Shown one piece after another: positions 41,149 to 52,700 of a DNA stretch of 64,000 nt (its first letter is position 1; the number at the start of each line of letters is the position of its first letter). The notes below the pieces were generated by a model. It saw nothing but the letters and a program-made list of their open reading frames with translations. It had not been told where the DNA came from and did no database searches. This stretch comes from the human T2T-CHM13v2.0 reference genome, Homo sapiens. The position numbers were made by a program, and so were the translations under genes. The stretch lies in assembly GCF_009914755.1 (NCBI RefSeq), contig NC_060938.1. One strand, written 5' to 3'.

Positions 41149-41946
41149 TGTAATCACCAGATATGTTCTTCCTTCCCACTGCATAGACAAAACCAATTCA
41201 CTGAGATCATGGCATTACAGTAAAGACAGTTTAATTGATACAAGGCCAGCCAGCCACACAGGAGCTGGAATAATCATTCAAATTATTATCCCCAAAGGCT
41301 CAGAAGTTAGAGTTTTTCAAAGATAATTTGATGCACAGGGGACTAGGGAACGGGTGCTGCCGATTGGTTGGAATCCAATCATAGATATTTGGAAAATGGT
41401 CCTTGTGCACTGAATCTGCCTCTGGGTGGGGGGGCCCACAGGACTAGTTGAGTCATGAGTCATAAATCATAAATCCAGGTAGGGTCAGTCAGTTACCAGA
41501 ATGCAAAAGTCTGAAAAACATCTTAAAAGACAAATCTTAGGTTCTACGATAGTGATGTTAGCTATAGGAACAACTGAGGAAGTCACACATCTTGTTACTT
41601 CTGGCCTTGACTCCTGAGAAGTAAGAGATTATAGAAACTATGCCTATATCTTAGTGGGATTCAGGATTCTTCCATAATTCTAATCTTATGACCTTTCATT
41701 AGTCCTACAAAAGCTGTTTCAGACCCCAAACATGGAGGAGATCAGTTTTAGGGAGGGACTATTATCATCCTTGTTTTAAAGTTAAACTATAAACTAAATT
41801 CCTGCCATAGTCAGCTTGGCCTAAACCCAGGAATGAGCAAAGACATGTAACCTTGTAACCTTGCTTCTAACTATAAGATTAGAAGCAAGATGAAGTCAGC
41901 CATACTAAATTTCTCTCACTGTCATAATCTTACAAAGGTGGTATCA
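41149..41946 (-). mobile_element. LTR8A/LTR8B-like ERV1 solo LTR inserted in an L2 fragment
   Basis: tgtaatcacc..ttcttccttcccactgcatagacaaaaccaattcactgagatcatggcatt...ctcactgtcataatcttacaaaggtggtatca; L2 text on both sides. Confidence 0.85.
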
Positions 41947-42386
41947 TCTTACTTCCAATATACACCCAAGTGCAGTAGCTCTACCTTTAAAACAACTTAT
42001 TCTCACTTCTCTTTCTGCCACTTGTGTATCTAAGCCCTCACCATCTCTGACCAGCTTTTCTAACACTGTTCCTAATATGATTCAAGTGTACGGTAATAAC
42101 AAATCCTCTTACAATCAGTGAGGGCTGAAGAAATTAGAGAAACTGGGAACAATTCCTGATGCTGAGTGGCCTCTTTTGTCTTCCTAATGTATGGCATAGG
42201 CACTCTTAATTTCTATATGAGCTTCCTAGAATGAGAAAGATTGGAGAGAAGTGGTTTAAGCTATTGAAGCAAACTGCAATAGTTTTCTGTTCTATCCCCT
42301 CCCTTCCTTCAATATATTTTGCACAGAGAAAATAAGTGATTAAAAGATAGCTAGATAGATATTCATATCTATCTCTATAACCATAG

Positions 42387-42434
<48 letters not shown>
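42387..42434. repeat. (CTAT)12 tetranucleotide STR
   Basis: Direct reading. Confidence 0.95.
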
Positions 42435-42435
<1 letters not shown>

Positions 42436-42534
42436 ATCTCTATCTCAGGTAATACCTATACCTACTCAAACATTTCTAAAGCTTACTGCCAGTTGTGGCC
42501 ATTTAAAATTTGGCTCAATGTCAACACTGTTAGT

Positions 42535-42535
<1 letters not shown>

Positions 42536-42565
<30 letters not shown>
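42536..42565. repeat. (AC)n microsatellite
   Basis: Direct reading. Confidence 0.95.
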
Positions 42566-42567
<2 letters not shown>

Positions 42568-42579
42568 GTCTAAAAAGGT

Positions 42580-42886
42580 TTCTCACATAGGATATTTTTT
42601 CGATAAAGTGGGGCCACTCCCAAGGGAAGCTGAAAATGGCTTGAGGGAGCAAAGCAAGACTAGCTTGAAGCTTTCACTGTGGTTAGACAGTTGGGTTGGG
42701 ATGAGAGTTTCCACTTTGGGATAGAAGCATATGTAACTTAAACTTCCTGCTGGCACCAAAGGAGGGAGCACTAGGGCATTCTCCTCAGCTTACTCAGATA
42801 TGAGGCAGAAAAGAAAAAGGAAGGGGTCAAGCTTGAAAGCTCTCAGCCATCAAACATCAAAAATAGAGTCAGACTCTTCATTACAT
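42580..42886 (-). mobile_element. Old LTR fragment (MER54/MER73-like; subfamily uncertain)
   Basis: Ends catcaaacatcaaaaatagagtcagactcttcattaca, i.e. a TGTAAT... LTR terminus on the minus strand. Confidence 0.5.
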
Positions 42887-43242
42887 CATCTTAGTGAAAG
42901 CACTATATATATATATATATATATATATATCCACTATATATATATCCAGTCTCTATACCATGGCCTAGAATTCCCTCCCTTCTACATCTCTGAACTACTT
43001 TTACCTTCCTCATTACCCATTCTGCTTCACAATTGCCCCCTTTTCTTCCAACAACCCAAGCAAATGCCCAGTACCTAGACTATTGGTTGGTAAATATTTG
43101 TTGTGTTAAGCAATACAATTTTTTTTTTCTAATGGTTTAAAGTCATTCATTGTACCTATTCTTCTTTCAAACAAAATGAGATTCTTATGTAAATTAATTA
43201 CTTATGAAAATGTATGAAATGTGTATCTACCACTTTTCTTAT

Positions 43243-44500
43243 TGTGGGGGCTGAAGCTATTGAAATTTCCTTTGCAAAATTATGACTGAGATAGTGAAAG
43301 AGATCTAACCTAACCAACTCCATCTTGGTTCTAAACCTTAAGCTATCCTTGTTTCTTCCTGGACGTAGGCTGAACTAACTTTGAGAGGGACTTAGTTTAA
43401 AGTTTAAAACAAAGACAATAAAAGCCTTTTCCCAAAAGGAACCTGGAGACTAGACTGCTTTTGTAGGACTAACAAGATAGCTGCAAGATTAGAAATTATG
43501 GCATAAGAGTCATGCAGCTGGAAGCTACAAGATTCTGACCCTCCCTAAACTGCTCCCAAGATCAATGCTTGAGATATTTTGCAGACCCTGCAATGGATGT
43601 ATCAGCTGGCACTGCCCAGATTGATTAACTGGCTCATTTGATCTTGTGGCCCCCACCCAGGAACTGACTCAGTGCAAGAGGACAGCTTCAATTCCCTATG
43701 ATTTCATCTTCTACCTAACCAAGCAGAACTCCTGGCTCACCGGATTCCCCTCACCCACCAAGTTGTTCTTAAAAACTCTGTTCCCTGAATGCTCAGGAAG
43801 GCAGATTTGAGTAATAATAAAACTCTGGTCTCCTGCACAGCTGGCTCTGCATGAATTACTCTTTCTCTAATGCAGTTCCCCTGTCTTGATAAATTGGCTC
43901 TGTCTAGGCAGCAGGCAAGGTGAAACCCTTGGGTGGTTACACTTTTGACTTCCTAAAGTTTTGCTGAAAAGCACTGACATGAGGCAAATTGAATAATCGC
44001 AGAAAAGGCATACCAATTTATTTAATGGGTATACATAGAATGAAGACCTTCAGAATGAAGACCCAAACTCCCAATGAGGAACAGAAGCTTATATACCACC
44101 TTGAGGTTACAGAAAGAATGGGGGCTTGGATGCTGGTAAAACAGAATATGGGAAGGGAGAGAAGAGGAATTCTGTTGAAGGGCCATAAATGATTACTATC
44201 TAACAGAAACTGACTTGTAAATAGCTCTCTTTAGATTTGAAATGATCCTCAGAAATAGTCATTATCCTGAAAACAGGTCTGTTCAAGTGTGGTTACATTT
44301 GTCATCTTCTTTCTTGTAATGAAAAATAAGACAAAAGGGAGGGAAATAAGAATAATTTTTCTCCTTGGTGGGTGAGTTCTCCCTTTATGTAGATGGGGAA
44401 AAGTTTCTTTTGTCACTTATTGATCTCTTAGGATTTTTCATTTAAAATACTCATTATACCAGGGAGACATATTTTGGGTGAAATATTTTGATTTCCTTCA
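43243..44500 (-). mobile_element. MER4-group ERV1 LTR interrupted by LTR8
   Basis: TG...CA termini (tgtggggg / atttccttca) with perfect 4-bp TSD TTAT (43239-43242 / 44501-44504). Confidence 0.75.
43261..43941 (+). mobile_element. LTR8 solo LTR
   Basis: tgaaatttcctttgcaaaattatgactgag...tctaggcagcaggcaaggtgaaacccttgggtggttaca; flanks CTAT/CTTT. Confidence 0.92.
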
Positions 44501-45439
44501 TTATTAATGACCTCTGGACACTTAATTTCAACCTTTTTATTAAGTAAAATTAATGATGAATCATTTTACTTTAATAATAAATCAGTTTATTTTAATAGTC
44601 AGTTTAATAATAATTAAAAGAAATAGTATATTTTACCAGTTTCTAAACACCCATTTATTTTTTGCTCTGTACTTCTTACAATCCAGCTAGTTTCTCCCTT
44701 AAGTAATCCTCTATTGGCTCTTTAGTAACATCTATCTAGACAAAAACAAAAACAAAAAAACTCTTGATTTGTATGCATTGTTAAAATAGATTTAGCCTAG
44801 AGCTGTTTCCTTACATATTTTAAATTCAGCCTAAAGTTTTTTCTGTGCATGGTGAATTGTATCCTGACTGGATGTGTAAACAGACTGTAACTTCCTCATT
44901 CCAGTCACCAAGTTTTGGCCAATCAAAGGCAGCCAACTGTCCAAATTGTGTTCAAATAAGGCAAACGCTGAACTGTAACCAATCTGGCTATGTCGGTACC
45001 TCACTTCCATTTTTTGTACATCACCTTCCTTTTTCTGTCCATAAATTGTCTTCCACCATATGGCTTTGCTGGAGCATCTCTGGGCCTCCTCTGGCTTCGG
45101 AAGCTGCAGAATTTGAGAATCATTCTTTGCTCAATTAAACTTGTTAAATTTAACTTGTCTATGTTTTTGTCTTTTAACAGATGAAGTCAGAAGTGTGATC
45201 TGAAATAGAGCTTCTAGCGACCTGCAGGAGCATTGAGTGACCAAGTGGGATGCCTGGAGTGTATTGTATCCATTGCGCTCTCACAGCCGCTGGGAATCGT
45301 GGCAAGTTCTCTCTGGGATACTGAAGCTCGACAGATTTGTGTTTTGAACTATCCAAGTTTATTTGAACGAAATTTTTGATCCAAACTTTCTTCAGAAGTC
45401 TCAACAGAAAATGAACTGGGTCCAGAATTAGATTCAATC

Positions 45440-46324
45440 TGTAAACTAAAAATAAAATTCTAAGGCCCCCAACCAACTGAATGGACCCCTTCTCTCAGCC
45501 AAGGGCATTTTAAAGTTAACCTGAAAAACTAGTTCAGGCCATGATGGAAACAGAGGTTCCATATACCTCATTATACTTTCCTCCCTTTGGAATTCAGGCA
45601 CAACTGACCAGCGTTAACATTAAAACAAAGATCTAAAACCGGCAAAACAGACTCTTTGTAGCAATAAGATACCAAATTCCAATCTGACCTACTATAGACT
45701 CACATGACAGATAACAGGCCCTGAAAGAAATGAAAGCATTTTATCCAAAAATATTTTTCCATGACATATTTTAAAATGGCTTTGCAAAGCTGTCTTGTGT
45801 GTGGGGGGGAAACTTACAGTCTGTAGAGAATCTCCTTCCCTTACTAGGTCTTTTCAGGGGAGTCTAGCACCTTTTAGTGTCTGATAAGAAGACCTTTAAC
45901 ATCTATTGTCTCTGAAGCCTGCTAATTAGAGGCTTCATCTGCATAACAAGAAGTTTGGTTTCCACAGTCTCTTTTATCTTGACCCCACGCATTTTTTTTT
46001 TCTGCTAACTTCAACTCTTTAGCCAAAATTAAACTCTTTCAACCAACTGCCAGTCAGGAAATCTTTGAGTCCACCTATGGCCTGGAAGCCCCCATTTTGA
46101 GATGGCCTGCCTTTCCAGAATAAATCAATGTACACCTTACATATATTAATTGATATTTGCCTATAACTTCTGCCCTCCTAAAATGTATAAAATCAAGCTG
46201 TGACCCCAACACTTGGGCCATGTTCCCAGGACCTCGTGAGGCTTTGTCGTGGGCATGTCCTTAACCTTGGCAAAATAAACTTCTAAATTAACTGAGACTT
46301 GTCTCAGATATTTTTTGGCTTAAA
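45440..46324 (+). mobile_element. MER4 (D/E-like) solo LTR nested in the provirus
   Basis: tgtaaactaaaaataaaattctaaggcccccaaccaactgaatggacccc...gagacttgtctcagata; flanks AATC/GATC. Confidence 0.88.
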
Positions 46325-47205
46325 GATCCTAAAAATAACTGGCTTGGATCCAGTTATAAACCCCTTATGTCTGACTGGGTCAGATTAAAAACCAATAGTA
46401 AATGGTAACATTGCAGGAGGTGCAAACTTTAGCATTTAGAAATTTGCAGAGATTTTTGTATTTTAACTCCTTTCTTTCTTGTGTGCTTATATGAGGAAAG
46501 ACATCAGCTAAGTTGATTTAGGGGATATGAGAGTCAAAGCAAAGATTCAAGATAAAAATGAGATCTTTACTTTCTTAAGAACTAAGTAATCTACCTTCTG
46601 GCTGTGTCTACATTTACATGTATAAGTATTAGCCCAGAATTAGCAAATGCTTATAGAAATGGCAAAATCTTACTAAATGTAATGTAAAATACAATGTAAC
46701 ATTCCAAATGAACAATACTGCACTTTAAAAAGTGCATTTGAAAATGAAATCTCCTGAATTAATCTCATCTGATGAGGTCTATTAATGTCCAGAAACTTCT
46801 AAAAAATTTTCAATATTTTATTGTTATTTTAAAAAGGACTCTTTATAAAAGGCAAATAAAAGATTTAAGTGACTAGTAGATAAGAAAAATTAAATCCTCC
46901 AACCTTTTGGCTTAGTTACTATCCAACTTTGAAGGCACAAAGGAATCTCTTCTAGATAGATAGAGTGTTTATTAAAGACAGGCCCTCAGGTAAAGTAGAC
47001 TTGCTTCTTTTTCAGATCTATCTGTCCTGATTCCAGGCAGAGAGAATGCTTTATTTGCCCTGTTCCTTAATGGGCTTCATCCCAAACATAGTGATTTTAG
47101 CTAGAAACCATAATTAAATTGAAAGGTTCACCTATGGAACTAAAATACAGCTTTCTGGTATTTAACTAGCTATCTTGAAATTCTTTTGTAAAAGAAATTA
47201 CATCT

Positions 47206-49356
47206 TGGTATGGTTTGGCTGTGTCCCCATCCAAATTTCATCTTGAACTGTAGTGCCCATGATCCCCATGTGTTGTGGGAGTAACCCAGTAGGAGGTAAT
47301 AGAATCATGGGAGCAGTTACTTCCATGCTGTTCTCATGAGTGAGTTCTCATGAGATCTGATGGTTTTATAAGGGTCTTTTCCCTGCTTTGTTCTGCACTT
47401 CTCCTTCCTGCCACCATGTGAAGAAGGATGTGTTTGTTTCCTCTTCTGCAATGATTGAAAGTTTCCTGAGACCTCCCCAGCCCTGCGACACTGTGAGTCA
47501 ATTAATCCTGTTTTGTTTATAAATTGCCTAGTCTCAAGTATGTCCTTATAGCAGTGTGAGAACACACCAACACAGTAAATTTGTACCAGGAGTAAGGCAC
47601 TGCTATAAAGATACCCAAAAATGTGGAAGCAACTTTGGAACAGGGAAACAGGCAGAGGTTGAAAGAGTTTGGAGGGCTCAGAAGAAGATAAAAAAAGTAG
47701 AAAGTTTGGAACTTCATAGAGACTTGGAGGGCTCAGAAGACAGAAAGATGTGGGAAAGTCTGGAACGTCCTAGAGACTTGTTGAATGGCTTTGACCAAAA
47801 TCCTGATAGTGATATGGTCAATAAAGTCCAGGCTGATGTCATCTCAGATGGAGATGGGGAACTTGTTGGGAACTGGGGTAAAGGTCACTCTTGCTATGCA
47901 AAGAGACTGGTGGCATTTTGCCTCTATCCTAGATATCTGTGGAACTTTGAACTTGAAAGAGATGATTTAGAGTATCTGACAGAAGAAATTTCTAAGCGGC
48001 AAAGAGTTCAAAGGAAGCAGAGCATAAAAGTTTAAAAATTTGCAGTCTGATGATGCACTAGAAAAGGAAACCCCTTTTTCTGGGGAGAAATTCAAGCTGG
48101 ATGCAGAAATTTGCATAAGTTATGAGGAGCCCAAATGTTAATCACCAAGACAATGGAAAAAAATGTCTTCAGGGCATGTTAGAGACCTTCATGGTGGCCC
48201 CTCCCCTCACAGGCCCAGAGGCCAAGGATGAAAATATGGTTTACTGGGCAAGGCCTGGGGACCCTTGCTTTGTGCACAGAAATCAAGAATTAAGGTTTGG
48301 GAACCTCCACCTTGATTTCAGAGGATTTATGGAAATGCCTGGGTGTCTGAGCAGAAGTCTGCTACAGGGGAGGAGCCCTCATAAAGAATGTCTGCTAGGG
48401 CAGTGCGGAAGGGAAATATGGGGTTGGGTCTCACACACAGAGTTCCCACTTGGGCACTGCCTAGTGGACCTGTGAGAAGAGGGCCACCATCCTCCAGACC
48501 CCACAATGGTAGATCCACCAACACTTGCACAGTGTACCTGGAAAAGTCACAGACACTCAACACCAGCCTGTGAAGGCAGCTGGGAAGGGAGCTGTACCTG
48601 GCAAAGCCCAAGACTATGGGAGCCCATATCTTGCATCATGACCTGGATGCAAGACATGGAGTCAACAGAGATCATTTCAGAGCTTTAAGATTTGACTGCT
48701 CCAGTGGATTTTGGACTTGAATGGACTTTGTTTTGGCTAATTTCTCCCATTTGGAATGGGTGTATTTACCAAATGCCTGTACCCGCATTGTATCTAGGAA
48801 GTAGCTAACTTGCTTTTGATTTTATAGGCTCGTAGGCAGAAGGGACTTGCTTTGTCTCAGATGAAATTTTGGACTTGGACTTTTGAGTTACTGTTGGAAA
48901 GAGTTGAGACTTTGGGGGACTGCTGGGAAGGCATGATTGTATTTTGAAATAGGATGAGGGCGTGAGATTTGGGAGAAGCCAGGGGTTAAATTATATGGTT
49001 GGCTGCATCCCCACCCAAATCTCATCTTGATTGTAGTTCACATAACCACCTGTGGTGGGAGGGACCCATCAGGAAGTAATTTAATCATGGGAGCAGTTAC
49101 CCTCATGCTGTTCTTTTGATAGTGAGTGAGTTCTCATGAGATCCGATGGTTTCATAAGGGACTTTCCTCCCTTTGCTCTGAACTTCTTGCTGCCACAATG
49201 TGAAGAAGGACATGTTTGCTTCCCATTCCACCATGACCGTAAGTTTTTTGAGGCCTCCCCAGCCCTGCAGAACGGTGAGTCAATTAAACCTCTTTCCTTT
49301 AGAAATTTTCCAGTCTTAAGTATGTCCTCATAGCAGCATGAGAACAAACTAATACA
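47206..49356 (+). mobile_element. Two-LTR THE1 (D-like) element: LTR 47206-47574, internal 47575-48990, LTR 48991-49356
   Basis: Two THE1 LTRs around a THE1-int region (ORF 47556-48035 lies in the degenerate MaLR ORF). Perfect TSD CATCT (47201-47205 / 49357-49361). Confidence 0.95.
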
Positions 49357-49543
49357 CATCTCTAAAGGAAATCTCCATATGTTACGTGCCTTTCTGTGTA
49401 CATTAGAAACTCTTCTTACCATTATTTTAAATTTACACAAGTCATACCTTAGTTTAAGGTGCTTTACTGGCCATCTTGCTTTAACTGTACTTTTACTTAT
49501 GCCATTTTTTCTTTGGCTTGAGCAAAAGATGCAATATTCAGGC

Positions 49544-49909
49544 TGTATTAGTCTGTTCTCATGCTGCTAATAAAGACATACCTGACACTGGGTAATTTAT
49601 AAAGAAAAGAGGTTTAATTGACACACAGTTCCACATGGTTGGGGAGGCCTCACAATCATGGCAGAAGGCAAAGAAGAAGGAGAGTCACATTTTGCATGGC
49701 GGCAGGCAAAAGAGAGCTTTTGCGGGGGAATGCCCCTTTATAAAGCCATTAGCTTTCATGAGACTTACTGATTATCACTAGAACAGCATGGGAAAGACCT
49801 GCCCCCATAATTCAATAATCTCCCACCAAGTCCCTCCTATAACATGCGGGAATTGTGGGAGCTATAATTCAATATGAAATTTGTGTGGGGACACAGCCAA
49901 ACCATATCA
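49544..49909 (-). mobile_element. THE1 (C-like) solo LTR nested in the provirus
   Basis: tgtattagtctgttctcatgctgctaataaagacatacc...gacacagccaaaccatatca; flanks CAGGC/TAGGC. Confidence 0.95.
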
Positions 49910-50429
49910 TAGGCCTTAAATGTTAGCTCTTTGCTTTTGAAATATAAATTTTCTTGTTTCACCTAAGAATTGTCCCTTTAGAAATGCACATTTGTTGCCT
50001 AGTTAACAATTACTGAGGGCAATGAAACAGGTAATTAAAGAATTAAGAGTCTGAATGGGGAAAAAATTATCTAAAAGCCAGCAAATTGGAATCCTTTATG
50101 AAAGCTATATTTTCTGTTCTTATGTTTGTATGTCTATATGTATTATGTGTATGGGATAATATTCTGTAAATGAAGCTAGTTTAAAAATTGCTAATAAAAT
50201 AGAAATGACTTTAAAATTATCATTTATATATAATTTGACATGTTCTTGATTTGGCTATTAGCTTTTGTTTTTTATTTTGAGCCTCTAGATTTGGAGGCCT
50301 GGATAGGTAGTTGTAGTGAGGTCTGGAGACATGTTCTCAGTGCCCAGGCCAGCAGCTAAAAGTCAGAGTCAAGTCCAATATAGCCCCTTCTTCACACCCA
50401 AGCTTTGTCTCCAGGCTAATCTGGTAGGA

Positions 50430-50620
50430 ATATATATACATTTTTTATATATAAATTTTATATATAAATTTATTTAAATTTATATAAATTTTTATATAAA
50501 AATATATATAAATATGCACATATTTGTATACATGTATATATATACACATGCACACACATATGTATATACATGTAGATGCTTATGTATGTATGTATATATG
50601 TATACATGTATATAGGTATG
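50430..50620. repeat. AT-rich / TATG low-complexity tract with short palindromes
   Basis: e.g. aaatttatataaattt and atttttatataaaaat. Confidence 0.85.
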
Positions 50621-52494
50621 GACTCTGGCTAAGCAGCATACTCCATATTCTCCTCCTGATAATATTATCCTCCTTCTGATAGTCATAATAGCAATCTCCA
50701 TTGTGGGTTATATTCTCCCACAAGTTTTAAATGTTTGCATGCAGCCATGTCCAGAATATTAAATGATCTCTTGTCAACTAGAATGACAAAAACTCTAAGA
50801 AATATATGACCATGAGGATGCAATTATCTATGTTTGGTATGCCGAGGGCAGAAACCCAGAATGATGGTAACTGAGAATGTGCTAAACCCCTCAGTTTTGG
50901 TCACTCTCACTTGAGTAAGAACTTAACCAAACGGTGGGAATTTTTTTAGACATATTTGTGGGAAGCCATTGTTTAAGACTGAGTGTGTGCACTAGGCCCC
51001 AACAGAGCAGAACAAACCAAAATGAAGTCATTCATGCTGAATGCGACGTAATCAAACTAAAACTTGAAGGTGAAAGATCCTAAAACAGAGCATGTTTTGT
51101 TTTTCTACTCAAAAGAGGTGATTCCAGCACAAGAAGGTCCCATCTAGTCTAGTCTTTTAAAAAAATAATAGCCTGGAGTCCTAGTTTCCACCTTATAAAA
51201 GCCAGTTTTGCTATTTACCGGCAATGATTTGACACCAAATAAGAAAATTTACAATGGTGACAGTGACGTCAATGCCTAAAATTTTGATCCTCTCTCAACA
51301 TTGAGAGGATGACCAAAAAGGAGGATGTTAAACTAAGTTTAGCCTAAAGTTATGTTCTTACATATGTAAAGTTCAGCCTAAATATTACTCCGTACGTAGT
51401 GAACTGTAGCCTAACTGCACATGTAAGCTGACTGTAACTTACTCTTGTGCCAATCACTGAGTTTTGGCCAATTAAAGGCAGCCAACTGTTTAAACAGTGT
51501 TCAAATAAGGCAAACACTGAGCAATACCAAATCCGTTTCTGTACCTCACTTCCGTTATTTTAGATGTTATTTTCATTTTTCTGTCTATAAATATTCCACC
51601 ACTTTGCAATGCTGGAGGCTCTCTGAGCTATTCTGATTTGAGAGGCCAATCAATTTTCAGATAGTTCTTTGCTTAATTTAACATTGTTAAATTTAATTTT
51701 TCTACATAGTTTTTCATTTAATAGTATAAATTCAAAAAGCTTACCTATTTTTTTTTAATACACTGTTTTGTGACAGTAATTTTCTGTAAATGTTTTGAAA
51801 GGATACTCTTATCTTCTGCCATTTGTCATTTCTGGTGAGAGGAGGGCTTGTCTAATTATTGCTGATTTGTGGGTAATCCATCTTTTTCCTATGTCTGATG
51901 GTTCATTAAGGAAAGAATAGATGTAGATCTGTTTATTTATTTGCTTTTAATCCAGATACATTTTGAGTGAGTTTGTTTGTTGTAAAGGTCAGTGTTGGTC
52001 TATTATCATACTACTCTGTCTAAAATTTTCAGTTGCTGACCGCTGGAGCTCTGAGTCCAGATCAGATTGTATTTTGGTAAGCCATGGCTTCTGTGCACTT
52101 GTATGGTTTAGAATATGGCATATTCCGTCTATGAGACAGTGAACAGGCCTCTGCAGGCCCCAGCCATCAGGCTCTGTCTATCTCTTCTCATCTCCCGGGG
52201 TATGAAATTTTAAGTAGCCTGTGGATCCAGAGATAGGTAACAATTTTTTAGTCTCTTCCCAGTCCCAAGTTTTATGCAGTAAGCACAGCTCTAGTCAATT
52301 TTCTTATTTTCTTAGAGTACTTTTCATTTCTGACTCCATCACAGTCTAATCCATGTCCTGCTCTGCAGGCTTCCACACCTAGATTCCAGCACACATGCAG
52401 ACTCCAACCCTGATCGCTGTTTTTGTGTTGCTTTTCCAACTAGTCATTTCTGGGAATACAGAACAGCAATCTCTCTCTCTCTCTCTCTTTTTTT

Positions 52495-52700
52495 AGTAAA
52501 CATTTTTTAAAAGTGTGAAAGACAGATAAGAGCACATACAATCAATTTACAGCTTGATAAATCACCTCAAAGTGAAGACACACAAATAACTACAAACCAG
52601 ATCATAAAATGGAATACTATCAGTATCCCAGAAACTCTTCTCATGCTCCTGCCTAGTTACAAATCACATCCCCCACCCCAAAAGATCCTAACTTCTTCCA
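52495..52700 (-). mobile_element. Old L1 (L1ME/MD) 3' UTR fragment
   Basis: tacagcttgataaat..caaagtgaa..accagatcataaaatggaatactatcagtatcccagaa. Confidence 0.65.

Larger units (their letters stand above)
44779..51723 (+). mobile_element. MER57-type (MER4 group, ERV1) provirus with two LTRs and a noncoding internal region
   Basis: Related LTRs at 44779-45179 and 51326-51723 (both tgttaaa..tttagcct..ttacatat..ttcagcctaaa..ttttggccaat..ggcagccaactgt..tgttcaaataaggcaaac). PBS-like gtcagaagtgtgat follows the 5' LTR and a purine tract (aaaaaggagga) precedes the 3' LTR. Flanks GCAT/GTAT. Confidence 0.88.

Noticed and set aside
45181-45200. tRNA-complementary sequence
   Set aside because: It is a degenerate retroviral primer-binding site, not a tRNA gene.
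47556-48688. Cluster of 60-159-aa ORFs
   Set aside because: Degenerate THE1 internal sequence; disrupted and internally deleted.
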